A stretch of DNA of 64,000 bases, taken from assembly GCA_964016885.1 (NCBI GenBank), contig OZ024740.1, positions 216,752,001 through 216,816,000 of the forward strand, given 5' to 3'. Source of the stretch: Eledone cirrhosa (Eukaryota). This document shows positions 13,111-26,931 of this stretch, one piece after another; within the stretch, counting starts at the first letter, position 1, and every line of letters starts with the position of its first letter. A program made the translations under genes and the position numbers. The notes beneath the pieces are model-generated. The model made no database searches. It saw nothing but the letters and a program-made list of their open reading frames with translations, and was not told where the DNA came from.

Positions 13111-13289
13111 CAGTCTAGCTATTAGAGAGAGAGAGAGAGACAATTTAGCTGTAGTAGAGAGAGAGAGAGAGAGAGAATCTAGCTGTGGTAGAGAGAGAGA
13201 GAGACAGTCTAGCTATTGTAGATTCATAGACAAACATTACTAGCTTCTCTCTCTCTCATTGTTGTTGTTATTATTACTATTTTATTATT

Positions 13290-14052
13290 GTTTTTGTTTG
13301 TATTGTCCCCTATATGTAGGCCCTTCTGGTCAATGAATTATTACAATTATTTAATTTATATATATATACTAGTTACCTAATTTTACTCCTTTCCAATTTA
13401 ATGTTGTACCAAATCTTTCTCATTTACCTGATGCCCTCGTAGCAAATAATAGATATCACCTATTTCATTGATGTTTTTCTTATTGTATATTTTCACTTAA
13501 CCTTATTGTAAACCTCTCTCTGTCCCTGTCTTTGTACTGGCCCCTATATGTCGGCCCTTGTGGCTAATAAATGAAACTGTTATTATCATTATTATTATTT
13601 TGAGGAATTTATTGTTTGTTTTTTTGAATTTTTATTTTCATAGTCTCTATTATAAGTTTTATTTTATAACCCCCCCCCCACACACACACACACACTATCG
13701 TCCTGTACTGTCTTTAATGTTTCCTTAATGTGAGCCCTGTGTGGCTAATAAAGAAAAAGAAAAATTGGCAGTATCAGTAGAGGGTTGGACGCCATGCTTT
13801 CTAGCATAGTTACGTCCCTTTACAATCTGAGTTCAAATCCCGCCGCGGTTAACTTTGCCTTTCATCCTTACGGGGTCGATAAAATAAAGTACCAGTAATG
13901 TACTGGGTAATTGCTGGCCTTGTACCTAAAGTAGAAAGAATTATTTGTTTTTATTTCTATTTTTGTTATTGTGTTTCCTTTTATACCAAAACTGTCCTTA
14001 ATGTTTGCCTTTATGTGAACCCTTGTGATTAATAAAGAAATCATTATTATTA
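13290..14052 (+). mobile_element. Cluster of L1/Tx1-like 3' ends (polyA-signal plus (ATT)n tails) interleaved with a SINE
   Basis: Repeated '(g)gccct(t)gtggctAATAAAgaaa-ttattatt' termini at ~13340, 13570, 13750 and 14035; 13600-13755 matches the 4065-4240 3'UTR. Confidence 0.6.
13764..13943 (+). mobile_element. tRNA-derived SINE, family S1 (Deu/Nin-like central domain)
   Basis: Box A tggcagtatc.g; box B gagttcaaatcc; central gcctttcatccttacggggtcgataaaataaagtaccag. Confidence 0.85.
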
Positions 14053-14224
14053 TTTATTTGCTATCCATCCTCCTGGGGTCAATAAAATAAAGTACTAATT
14101 AAGTACTGGGGTAAATATCATTGCCTTCCCCTCCCCTTCAAATTGCTGGCCTTGTGCCTAAAGTAGAAATATTATTATTATTGTTATTGTGTTATTATTA
14201 TTTATATTGTTTTACCTATAATAT

Positions 14225-15145
14225 ATGAAAAGCCCCACTGTCCCTATCTATTGTAGTGTCCCCTATATGTAAAGGCCCACTGTCCCCCTGTCTATTGTAG
14301 TGTCCCCTATATGTAGGCCCCACTGTCCCTATATATTGTAGTGTCCCTATATGTAAAGCCCCACTGTCCCTATCGATTGTAATGTCCCCTATATGTAAAT
14401 CCCCACAGACCATATCTATTGTAGTGTCCCTATATGTAAAGCCCCACTGTCCCTATCGATTGTAATGTCCCCTATATGTAAAGCCCCACTGTCCCTATCT
14501 ATTGTAATGTCCCCTATATGTAGAGCCCCACTGCCCCTATCTATTGTAATGTCCCCTATATGTAAAGCCCCACTGTCCCTGTCTATTGTAATGTCCCCTA
14601 TATGTAGAGCCCCACTGCCCCTATCTATTGTAATATCCCCTAGATGTAAAGCCCCACTGTCCCTATCTATTGTAATGTCCCCTATATGTAGAGCCCCACT
14701 GACCTATCTATTGTAATGTCCCCTATATGTAGAGCCCCACTGCCCCTATTTATTGTAATGTCCTCTAGATGTAAAGCCCCACTGTCCCTATCTATTGTAA
14801 TGTCCCCTATATGTAGAGCCCCACAGTCCCTATCTATTGTAATGTCCCCTATATGTAGAGCCCCACTGCCCCTATCTATTGTAATGTCCCCTATATGTAG
14901 AGCCCCACTGCCCCTATCTATTGTAATGTCCCCTATATGTAAAGACCCACTGTCCCTATCTATTGTAATGCCCCCTATATGTAAAGCCCCACTGTCCCCT
15001 ATATGTAAAGCCCCACTGTCCCCTATATGTAAAGCCCCACTGTCCCTATCTATTGTAATGTCCCCTATATGTAGAGCCCCACTGCCCCTATCTATTGTAA
15101 TGTCCCCTATATGTAGGCCCCGGGGGTTAATAAAGAAATTATTAC
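14225..15145 (+). repeat. 42-bp minisatellite (ccccactgtccctatctattgtaatgtcccctatatgtaaag), ~21 copies, ending in a LINE-type terminus
   Basis: Direct tandem; the last unit runs into cccctatatgtaggcccc..AATAAAgaaattatt. Confidence 0.93.
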
Positions 15146-15305
15146 TACAGCCATGTTTGTATAGTTCATCTTAAATGTTAACACCCACACTTTTATGTAA
15201 GCTGTCATTGTAATGTCTTCTTTACCTGACACCCTTCTGCCAAATAAACTTATTATTAATGATATTATATTAATAAATCACCATTATCATCATTATTATT
15301 ATTAT

Positions 15306-15500
15306 GCGGTGGATTGGCAGTATCGGTAGAGGTCGGACACCATGTTTTCCAGCATAGTTACGTCCCTTTACGGTCTGAGTTCAAATCCCGTCGAGGTTGA
15401 CTTTGCCTTTCATCCTTACGGGGTCGATAAAATAAAGTACCAGTAAGGCACTGGGTAATTGCTGGCCTTGTGCCTAAAGTAGAAATAATAATTATTATTA
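15306..15500 (+). mobile_element. SINE family S1
   Basis: Full-length: A/B boxes, central domain and (ATT)n tail. Confidence 0.88.
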
Positions 15501-15507
15501 TAGTATA

Positions 15508-15700
15508 GGGTGGTGGATTGGCAGGATCGGTAGAGAGTCGGACACCATGCTTTGAAGCATAGAGTTACGGCCCTTTATGATCTGAGTTCAAATCTCGCCG
15601 AGGTTAACTTTGCCTTTCATCCTTACGGGGTCGATAAAATAAAGTACCAGTAATACACTTGGTATTTGCTGGCCTTGTGCCAATAGTAGAAACAATTATT
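15508..15700 (+). mobile_element. SINE family S1 (tandem second copy)
   Basis: Same structure, immediately after the tail of the previous copy. Confidence 0.88.
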
Positions 15701-15783
15701 TCTTATATTATAGATTATAATACACTAACCTGTCATTGTGATGATGTCCCTTTCATCTTAATGCCCCTGTGGCAAATAGAAAA

Positions 15784-16077
15784 TACTACTACTACTACCA
15801 CTACTACTACTACTACTACTGCTGTTACTACTACTACTACTACTACTACTGCTGTTACTACTACTACTACTACTGTTACTACTACTACTGTTACTACTGT
15901 TACTACTACTACTGTTACTGCTACTACTACTACTGTTACTACTACTACTGTTACTACTACTACTACTACTACTGTTACTACTGTTACTACTACTACTACT
16001 ATTGTTACTACTACTACTACTACTACTGTTACCACCACTACTACTACTACTACTACTGCTACTGTTAATACTACTGT

Positions 16078-16109
<32 letters not shown>

Positions 16110-16170
16110 TTGTTACTATTACTACCACTACTGTTACTACTACCACCACCACCACCACTACTACTACTAC
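15784..16170. repeat. (TAC)n trinucleotide microsatellite with TGT interruptions
   Basis: Seen directly; source of the poly-T/V/Y ORFs. Confidence 0.97.
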
Positions 16171-16497
16171 ATCCAATATAGTTTCTTCAACAAATTATAT
16201 TTATCAATCCCACACTTAATTATATTTATCTATTTTATATTTTTCTCCCTTTATTTATCATTTTCTATTACATATTTTCTCCCCCTTCTTCTTCTCCCCA
16301 ACATCTCCCCCTCTCTTTGCTTATCTCTCTTATTCTCTCACCTCTGCCCCCCCCCCCTCTATTTTGTAATCAAACACAGTTGTATCTTTACTGCACATTT
16401 GTCTACCTGCACAACACACCACCCACACCCCCAAACTCTATTATTATATTCTGCTAGTATATATACACTTTTATAATTTTACAATACACACACACAC

Positions 16498-16903
16498 ATA
16501 TATATATATAATATTATATATTAAATATTTATCTATATTATATATATATATTATATATTATATATATATATATTATATATATAATATATATATATATTAT
16601 ATATATATATATATATATAATATAATATATATATTATATATATATATATATATATAATATATATATATAATATATATATATCTATATATATATTATATAT
16701 ATATGTATATATAATATATATATATATATTATATATTATATATATTATATATTATATATATATATATTATATATATTATATATATATTATATATATATTA
16801 TATATTATATATATTATATATATATATATATTATATATATATTATATATTATATATATTATATATATATATATATTATATATATATATATATATTATATA
16901 TAT

Positions 16904-16934
<31 letters not shown>

Positions 16935-17118
16935 TTATATAGATGTATATGTATTATATATATATATATTATATATATATTATAGATGTATATGTATTAT
17001 ATATATATATTATATATATATTATAGATGTATATGTATTATATATATATATTATATATATTATATATATTATATATATATATATATTATATATATATATA
17101 TATTATATATATATATTA

Positions 17119-17201
<83 letters not shown>

Positions 17202-17253
17202 ATATATTATATATATGTCTACAGAACTAGAACTGTTTCAATACTTACTAAAA

Positions 17254-17341
<88 letters not shown>

Positions 17342-17465
17342 ATATATATATATTCTTATATATATATTTATATATATATATATATATTCTTATATATATA
17401 TTTATATATACTTATATATTATGGAATACTGTTGGCTTTTTGCTACAATGTTTTCTATACCTTTC

Positions 17466-17539
<74 letters not shown>

Positions 17540-17590
17540 CTACAGAACTAGAACTGTTTTAATACTGAAAGGATATATATATATATTCTT
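16498..17590. repeat. Imperfect (TA)n array with small embedded element fragments
   Basis: Seen directly; family-A scraps 'tctacagaactagaactgttt' at ~17218 and ~17539. Confidence 0.95.
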
Positions 17591-17661
17591 AATATTAGCA
17601 GTCCTAAGAATAAGTACTCAATACCATAGAGATATCTCTTTATTAAAGTCATATTTGGGTC

Positions 17662-17705
17662 TTGTTACTCTGGAGTTTCTATGTATTCACAAGATCATCA
17701 GACAA
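17662..17705 (-). ncRNA. Type-I hammerhead ribozyme, family B
   Basis: Minus strand: TTGT-CTGATGA-tctTGTgaatACAta-GAA-ACTC-ca-GAGT-A^ACAA. Confidence 0.7.
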
Positions 17706-18086
17706 CACTCTTATAATCATATATGAATATATTATATATATATATATATATATATAACGAAGGAGGTGTGGTAAGGAACCAGATGGACCATAACGCACCA
17801 GAGTACTCAATACTTAGGGTAGTAGGGTGGGTAATAGGAGAAAGTAAGACCCCAACTTTCTCTTGTATATATATGTGTGTATATATATATATATATACAT
17901 GTCTATATTATAGACTCAGAGACATATACATACATGCATATATGCATCTATAAATTCTGTGTCTCTCTCTTGTCTTTTTACTGGACTATATATCTATGTT
18001 TATCTAGTTACCTACCTTCCCAGGTTTGTTTATCCATCTACTGACTTGCCTTTCCTTCTCTCCACACACACACACACACACACATT

Positions 18087-18190
18087 TACAGAATGTCCCC
18101 CAAAATGTATACACACTTTAACAGTATTCTAATAAATATTGCCTGTACTGATAATAAAATTATGTATACATTTTTTTGGGACACCCTATA
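18087..18190. mobile_element. Short Tc1/mariner MITE
   Basis: TA-cagaatgtcccccaaaatgtatac ... gtatacatttttttgggacaccc-tata inverted termini. Confidence 0.7.
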
Positions 18191-18273
18191 TATATATATA
18201 TAATATACTACATTGTATTCAATTGTCGGTTATTTTATATCAATAATGATTACAGTATATATTCTGTAATATA

Positions 18274-18307
<34 letters not shown>

Positions 18308-19029
18308 CATATATATATATTTATATATATGTCCATATTGACTACTAATAACCTAGATACATACCTATCTACTACCTGGCTATCTATTTTCTATTCTCCA
18401 GACTATAGTACTTGTTTATGTTTACCATTTCCTATTCTATTTATTTCCATATTTCTTCTCTGATTCTTCAACCTTCAAGGTGACAGAGGTGTTTCTATTG
18501 CTGGTTGCACTGTTAATGGACAGTTTGGTGGAATTATTTCGGTCGAATTAAGTTGTTTTGTCTGCCAGGTAGACTTTTAAAAAGTTCTTTTCTCCATCAA
18601 TCTCACAAATTTTTAGCTTTTCACTTTCTAATATCCTTACTTCTACAGAACCAACCTTTACAGAAATACTTTGTGTGTGTGTGTGAGGGTGTGTCTATGT
18701 GTGTGTGTGTTGTGTGTGTGTGAGGGTGTGTCTATGTGTGTGTGTGTGAGGGTGTGTCTATGTGTGTGTGTGTGTGTGTGTGAGGGTGTGTCTATGGGTG
18801 TGTATGTGTGTGTGTGTGTCTATGGGTGTGTATGTGTGTGTGTGTGTAATATGCGAGGTTGGTTATGTTTTAACAACTCACTCTATATATGTGTGAGATT
18901 GTGTACTGTATATTGTATATATTCCTGTATATTTGTATGTACTCCTATATATGTCACATCTTTTGCCATGTAAACATGTGATAAGCCAGCATGTGATTTA
19001 TCTATTGGACTAAAAAATCTCAATTTGAA

Positions 19030-19219
19030 ATACGAATGTTAGTTGAAAGGTTCATAGGCTGACCAAGATACTCTCATGGAATGACCAAATGGGGTTTATT
19101 TTTCAACATAGTCCCTGGAAAGAAACAATGCAGTTATTAATAAAAAGAGTTGAAAGATTTCACAGCTCTATCATCACTACTTCATAGTCAGCCTATGAAC
19201 TTTTTAGCTGACTTTTCTA
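19030..19219. mobile_element. Tc1/mariner MITE, family M1
   Basis: TIRs tacgaatgttagttgaaaggttcataggctgac / gtcagcctatgaactttttagctgac; matches 929-1131. Confidence 0.7.
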
Positions 19220-19759
19220 AATGGAACATTATGAATAGTGTCTGCAAAAGGAATGTTTGATATATCTACTGGTGCAACATATATAATGTTTGTTTTTCCA
19301 TGCTGGCATGGGTTTGGTGAAACATTTTAGGCAGATTTCTCTGGACAGATGCCCTTTCTGAAGCTCACCATCACTTCTATTTTTCTGATGAAGTGATTGG
19401 TCTTCTGAGCTGCAGGACATCTGCTTAGCTACAACATAAACAAACATCTCTGATCTTGGATGTTGTATACAAAAACAAAAAAAAAACCCACACGTATATA
19501 CATTTTTCTCTATAGATATATGATGGGCTTTGTTATAGTCTGTCTACAAAATTCACTGACAAAGCATTGTTGAACCATGGCTTCACTTGCTTATGTTACC
19601 ATGCAGTGGGGTAGAACCTAAGACCATGTGCTTGCAATATGTATATTTATGTGTTTGTGTGTATATATTCATAATTATGTACATGTAGGTAGATGTCTCT
19701 CTCTATATATCATTCCTTTGTCTGCTTTACCTTGCTGAAATTGGTTTTATATATATATA

Positions 19760-19983
19760 GTAATAATAATAAATTAGAAGACTAAAATCCAAAGAGGGCT
19801 CGATAAGGATAAATATATATCAGATATATAAGAACTGTAGAGCAAATATTTATTAAAATAACAGATTAAAGTTTAAGCAAAGAATCGCTGCTTTCACCCT
19901 TAACGGGATCTTTCAGAAGATCCCGTTAAGGGTGAAAGCAGCGATTCTTTGCTTAAACTTTAATTTGTTATTTTAATAAATAT
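19760..19983. mobile_element. Palindromic hammerhead-like element, family C
   Basis: ~65-bp inverted arms centred ~19914 containing GA-tCCCgttaaGGGt-GAA-AGCA..TGCT; in (TA)n; internally deleted copy at ~23372-23520. Confidence 0.65.
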
Positions 19984-20014
<31 letters not shown>

Positions 20015-21355
20015 CATAGACACATGCAGATGCATACAGACACAAGTGTGTGTGTGTACATATATATAGACATCTGTATTTATGAATGTTAAAATATTAT
20101 TCATACATATATCTGTATGTATATTTAAATATGCGTAGACAGTAACCTGCGTATATACAGGAAACTGAATGTTATATAGTATATTATCATTTTGTGACTA
20201 CATCTACACACAATGTGCATATGAAAGTTACTAATAAAATGTGAGTGTCTATGCATTTGTGTGCACACATGCCTACGTGCATTCTTTTGTTTATTTTGCA
20301 ATCCGCCAACATCATTTTCTTCTTGTCCAGCCAAATTCCTGGCCTTTTGAACCACAAATCTTCAGTCAGACCAGCCAACCAGCTTGATGCATCTCTGCAA
20401 TTCTTATTTTCTGTCCTTCATTTTTTCTTTCTTTCTAGTTGTGTGGACTGAAGATTCTTGCTGGTCAAAAACTTGTGCTGCTGGACTGGACAGACAAACG
20501 TGTGTGTGTGTGTGTGTTTGTGTGTGTGCGTGTGCGCGCGTGTGTGCTATACTGTTAAGATTGAAGCTTTCCTTGTCAAGAATACATTAGTACTGACCTT
20601 GTGTCCACCATACTGCTGGCCTGAGCTGTCAAAGTCATGGATGTGTGTGTGTGTGTGTGTGTATATATAGATTTTAATTTGCTTATATCTATATATATAT
20701 ACATATATATACATAACTAAGTGTCTGGATGGATGAGAGCGATGATTATGTCTATAAGTATGTGTGTACATATGCATGAAATTATGAAATATAGTGTATA
20801 TATTCTATAGTATATATTCTATAATATATATTCTTATATCTACATTCATTAAAATATGCATATCTTGGTGCTGAATCATACTGTGCAGCTGTGATTGGTG
20901 CTACAATTCATGTGCAAATATGGTTCTCCATCTTCTAAATACAGTTTATCTTGCACACATGCATACAGGTCACTTTTATGCATACAGTCTATTATGTATA
21001 TATATATTGTTCATCCTGTGTATATATATATACAGTCCAACATATATATCTATATATGGTCCACCATGTATATATACGTTGGTCTTGTGTACACAGTCCA
21101 CTGCGTGTATATACAGACCACCATATATATATTCAATGTAATATATGTATACACTGCCCACCATGTATATAATTCATGGTGTATACATGTAGTCTACCAT
21201 ATGTACATTCTGTTCATCATGCGTACACAGTCCACCATGTATACATACAGTCCACCACATGTATATACAGTTCAACATATATGTGGTGTATATATCTGCT
21301 ATATGGATGTTAAATGATGATGATGAGATATATATATACGTATATATATCTCCAT

Positions 21356-21510
21356 AGGGTTGACGGCTGAGAGAAAAGAGTACTCAATACCAGAGTAGGG
21401 TTTTAATATTCATTTTATTAACTCTAAATAGTGAGTCTTTTTATTCTGGAGTTTCGCCTGTTTCAGTATAGTAACACGATTTACTGTTTAGCCTAAATAA
21501 AATGAATATA
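21356..21510. mobile_element. Family B element, degenerate
   Basis: Shares tail and arm sequence with 5555-5725; in (TA)n. Confidence 0.5.
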
Positions 21511-21514
21511 AATA

Positions 21515-21545
<31 letters not shown>

Positions 21546-21560
21546 GTATATATATATATG

Positions 21561-21638
<78 letters not shown>

Positions 21639-22960
21639 TATATTTATATTCATAATCTATCATGTGTATATACAGGTCAACATTTGTGTGTATATATATA
21701 TATATATATATACACCCACACATACAGACTAGAATTAATAATCAAATATATTATCTTCATTTCTTGCCATATCTAAAATATATATCCCTTTGTCTCACTG
21801 TCTGAGGCCACAGGTGTATATAGACTACAGTTTAAGGCAATATTCTACCTGTCCTACCTAAGTTTTCTTGTTTATATATTCAATTCCCTTCTATTTCATA
21901 TTTTAACCATGGCCTTATCATATTAAATTTTCTCTTTTTTCTCATATCTTTCTCACTTTATCCAATTTTTTTCTTTAGTTCTTTCTCCATTTTTCTTCCT
22001 TCCATCTCATTCTATCTCTTTACTTCTCTCTCTTCTATCTTCTTTCTTTGACTTACCTGCCTTCTCTCCATTCTACCTTTCTGTCCTTTCATTATTTCTT
22101 TCTTGTTACACTCTCTTTCCTTTTTGGCATTTCCCTTTATTGGCTTCTGTTAAATACATGTTTGTCGATAGGTATAAAACACTGTTTGTCACTCGGATAA
22201 ACTATGTTATATTATTATAGTTTTTTTAATCCAAGTGTTTTATTAGTTTTGACAGTTATACTTTATTAATATTCTCTACAGTAGTGAAGACACTCACATA
22301 AACATTATGGTAGTTATATAGTATTGGTAGTGCTGGTGCTACAATAAAATGCACCCAGTATACTTGGCAATAGTAGAAGCCATGCAAATATATGAGCAAG
22401 ATTTAGCTATCAAACCTGTCTCATCTTTGTGACAACCTGTCCAACCCTGCAAGTATGGAAAATTGGCCATAAAATGATGTTATATATATATAATTGTCTC
22501 TTTCATTACTTTATCTCTCTCTGAATATATCGACAGTCGATCGAGTCTTTTCAAATCAGACTGAGAAAACAATGTTTCTATTGGTCTTTCTAATTGCTAA
22601 TACTATCTATCGGTTGCAACTCCAGGTAGAAGGAAAAACATGGAATAAAGTGTCTTGCTCAAGGACATAATGCATCACCTGGTCCAAGAATCGAACTCAC
22701 AACATCACGATAGCGAATCCAATTCTCTAACCTCTCAGCCACGCGCCTTCACTCTGAATATATGTATATACCCACACACACCATATATACTTGAATATAA
22801 GCTGGTCTGAATACAAGCTGACCCTTCCATTTTATGTTTGAGAAATAGGTGAAAACCCAAACCCTGTTTGTAAACCAAAGCAGCTAATCAACATATTATT
22901 TAGATGCCAACCTCCCATTTTACCATTGATGTTTTTGTAACATTTTCCTCAACTTATATT

Positions 22961-22992
<32 letters not shown>

Positions 22993-23001
22993 GATATAGA
23001 T

Positions 23002-23338
23002 GGAGGCACATGGCTTAGTGGTTAGAGCATTGGCCTTGCAATCGAAAGGTTGTGAGTTCAATTCTCAGACCGGGTGATGTGTTGTTTTCTTGACTTTATT
23101 TCACATTGCTCCAGTTTACTCAGCTGTAGAAATGAGATGATAGGGACAGGGGTCCCTATCATTCCGCTGCAAAGTCGTCGTGGAGGTGCCACGGCAAAAA
23201 AGCACCCAGCACTCACTGTAAATGAGGTTGGTGTTAGGAAGGGCATCCAGCTGTAGAAATCAAGCCAGAATCAGTTCCCGTCCCACTCTTGCAAGCAGGG
23301 AAAAAGCGGACGTAAAATGAAATGATGATGATGATGAT
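23002..23338 (+). mobile_element. tRNA-derived SINE, family S2 (CORE-like domain, RTE-type 3' tail, (GAT)n)
   Basis: Box A tggcttagtgg; box B gagttcaattc; 3' cccactcttgcaagcagggaaaaagcggacgtaaaatga(tga)n. Confidence 0.88.
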
Positions 23339-23592
23339 ATATATATATATATATATATATACCCATATATATATTTATTAAAATAACAGATTAAAGTTTA
23401 AGCTTTCACCCTTAACGGTGAAATAAATATTTGCTCTACGGTTCTTATATATTTGATATATATTTATCCTTATCGAGCCCTCTTTGGATTTTAGTCTTCA
23501 AATTTATTATTATTACTATATATATATATATATATTATATTATGGAATACTGTTGGCTTTTTGCTACAATATTTTTATTTTCTATACCTTTC

Positions 23593-23632
<40 letters not shown>

Positions 23633-24019
23633 CGGTATATATATAATGTCTCTATTGCTATTGTAAATATATAAATGTTTCAATCATAGTATTGAGCCCC
23701 TAAGCAAGGCACATAGTTGTGTACAATTCTTACATGATTCTTTGGCCCAGTAGGAAGGGAAGTAACTCCAAATATGAACTAACACACACCATGACAACCC
23801 AGCCAACCCATGTTATAGAAAGTTGATGCAAAATAACTATCACACACACACACATGCACTCACACTTTATGTGTAACATGGTAAAGAAATTAATTTTGCA
23901 ACATGGTTTTAGGTTCTGACTCAATTCACATCACATTTAACAAGTATCTTCTACCATGTTGCCTTCTGCTGAGCAATGCAGTGTGTGTGTGCACATATAT
24001 ATGTATATGAATATATATA

Positions 24020-24192
24020 TACACTGTAAATGTGGTTGGTGTTAGGAAGGGCATCCAGCTGTAGAAAACCTGCCAGATAGTCTTATATGAGTGAGAATGG
24101 TCACCCGACTAACCTTGCCTCAAGTGGGACAACTCCTGTCTAACCCATGCTAGCGTGGAAGATAGACGTTAAACGAAGATGATGATGATGAT
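24020..24192 (+). mobile_element. 3' end fragment of RTE LINE or RTE-related SINE
   Basis: ggttggtgttaggaagggcatccagctgtagaaa ... acccatgctagcgtggaa ... (gat)n. Confidence 0.75.
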
Positions 24193-25459
24193 ATATCCAT
24201 GTCCCCAATGTTCACAAGCACTCTCCAGTGGCTATCTTCACCATCACTGTACCCCCCCCCCCCCACCCCCCCACCCCCGTTATGCCATTCTTTAGCTACT
24301 TTCCCCTTTAGACACCTTAGATACCCTCACTATTGTGCCCTAGTAGCTATCCTCTCCACCCCTGTGCATCCATTCCATAGCTATTTTCTGCATCACCACC
24401 ATCTCCACTTAGGTAATCTCACCACCACTACATCACAACTTCCCTCTACTCATCCCCAGTAATTTGACGATGTTAAGGTCAGCACCATGGATAGAAAAGC
24501 CTGGTAGAATCTCATCATCAAAGTCCATCATCCAGCAGTACTCTTAGCAACGTATTGGTTGAGAGGGCAGCCTCCTCAATTTCCAGCTAGGCATCGAGGA
24601 AGAATAATTTAAATAAGGAACTTTTAAGATAGGTGGTTTTGCTTCATAGAACTGGAGTCAGTTTTGGCTAGGTTTAGGCTATGTTTGCAATCAAAATTTC
24701 TTCCAAATTTTTATTTATATAAAAAGGTAATTGAACCGTATACAGTGTTTCTATTTTGTTAGAAATGTGATATCAAAAACGTTGACCTGTTCTTCTTTAC
24801 ATTTAGTCTGCTAATCTCTTTCTATATTTTCTAGCTTTAAGAAAATGTCTTTTATTTCTCTGTTAATTCTACATTAATTTCTCCCCCTCCACTTCTCACC
24901 ATATATTTCTGTTTTCTCTCATATACTTTTTTTTTTCTTTGTTACTTTTTGATATGTCTTCATTGATATTTTAATACTTTTAATCATAATAAGAAATATA
25001 TTTAGGTTTTTCACTGTATATGTTAGCTAATTACTATTATTGATATTATATAATATTAGGTGACATAAAAGCTGGTTGTTGTCAAGACTGAGGGAGAGAA
25101 CACATTTGATAAATTTGTAATATCATTCTAGTAAGAAAGTAGAGTTATCGGTTCCTAGAACAGCTTTCTCTCTATAAAGCTATGCTAGTAGCTGATCTAT
25201 TACACTAGTGATCAATACATTGTTAGAATGTCTACATTACAGTTTGATTGAAATAGCCGTTACACTGAAATATAACCTATAACTAATTAATTCTTATTTG
25301 TTGCTTTCTTTTAGCAAGGCCCCCATATGCAGGAAATATGATCAAGTATTTTCTATATATATGTAAAATTATTAAGACCTTGTATGCTGGTAAAATTTTG
25401 AAGGCTCTGTTTACACAAGAAAAGTTAGCAAGCTATATACTGGTGACGCTATATATACT

Positions 25460-25725
25460 CTATATACTCAAGTAATAGTTGATCTCATGTAAAGGTCGAC
25501 CCCCTATTTTTGGCCAAAAAGTCAACCCTAGTATTTCACGGAAAACAAGTCAACATTCATGGGTCAAGGTGTCATTCTGTATGTAGAAATAACATTGTTA
25601 AAAAATTGTCATGAATTTAAGGCAAATTTATCATATTTTCTAGCATCTATGTAATAGTCAACCCCATAAATTTAACCTGTATAAAAATGGTCTTAAATTC
25701 AACTTTTACACAAGTATATATGGTA
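25460..25725. mobile_element. Old pogo/Tigger-like MITE
   Basis: Ends resemble TACCGTATATACTCG..CGAGTATATACGGTA (ctatatactcaagt / acaagtatatatggta); similar decayed copies at ~10010-10310 and ~22780-22960. Confidence 0.5.
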
Positions 25726-25838
25726 TATGAAATTATCAATCTTTATATGCAGGTAAAATGATGAAGTCTTTTCATACTGATAAAATTATGAAGCCTTAAT
25801 ACATCTAAAATTATCAAGGACTTACAATACAGCTTAAA

Positions 25839-26026
25839 TTAATTGTTTCTACTTTTGGCACAAGGCCAGCAATTATCCCAGTGTATTACTGGTACTTTAT
25901 TTTATCTACCCCGTAAGGATGAAAGGCAAAGTTAACCTTCGCGGGATTTGAACTCAGACCGTAAAGAGACGTAACTATGCTGGAAAGTATGGCGTCCGAC
26001 CCTCTACCGATACTGCCAATCCACGC
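25839..26026 (-). mobile_element. SINE family S1
   Basis: Reverse complement of the 15306-15500 type. Confidence 0.88.
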
Positions 26027-26931
26027 TTAAATTAATAAGGTGCTGTATATATTGGTAAAATTACAAGTGTGTGTGAGTATATATATATATGCAGGTAAAA
26101 TTATCAAGGGTCTGTATATACAGGTAAAGTCATCAAGGCTCTTTATATACAGGTAATAGTAGATACTACAGTAAAACTGACTGTAAACTGCAAAACCCAT
26201 TGTGTATTTCACTCTACAGAGAAATAATTGTAGCTGGTTTGTTGCATTTATTTTGAAACTGTAATTAGTTAAGTAATTAGCACAACTATAATGACATGAT
26301 ATAATTTATTTGGGAAATTATTAATAATTTTAAAATTACCATAGATGTTGATATTGTATTTAATTTAAAATATTTACTTTCTCTTTTAGTATAATTTATA
26401 ATTGAACTTAGCTATTAGTTCTGAGATTTCCATACATAATATCTCTACATAATGTCTCTACTGAAGTATGATTAACATTATTGTTGTTGTTGTTTTATCT
26501 TTTGTGTTGAGACTTGTGTGAATGTGTGTAGCCCGGAGTGTTGTGTGTTAAGTTCTCTATCTCCACTCCAATAAAGAGGTTGTGTTACTTCTTCCTAAAA
26601 ACACAAAGCTATTGTCAGTATTCAGTTGAAGTAAGACTGGGTATTATTTGGAAGAAAACACTACTATATGTACTTCTACATTCTTTCTATCTCTGTATCT
26701 CTCATTATTATAACCACCACTGTTATCATCATCACCATCACATATCAAAATATTTTCAGTTTTAAGCTGATATTTCTCTGTTATGACATTATTGAACATA
26801 ATAGTTTCACTTTGCATTTTGTTATTATTTTATCTGATTCAAAATAAAGTACCAGTAATGCAATGGCGTTGATTTAATCGATTTCCCCCTTCCTTTCAAA
26901 TTGCAGGCCTTGTGCTTAGATTAGAATTCAT

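Noticed and set aside
15659-16219. Thr-rich mucin-like ORF
   Set aside because: It is a (TAC)n tail following a LINE-type 3' end and begins inside a SINE.
23002-23075. tRNA genes at SINE heads
   Set aside because: A/B boxes are present but they continue into multi-copy SINE bodies and I cannot fold a full cloverleaf.
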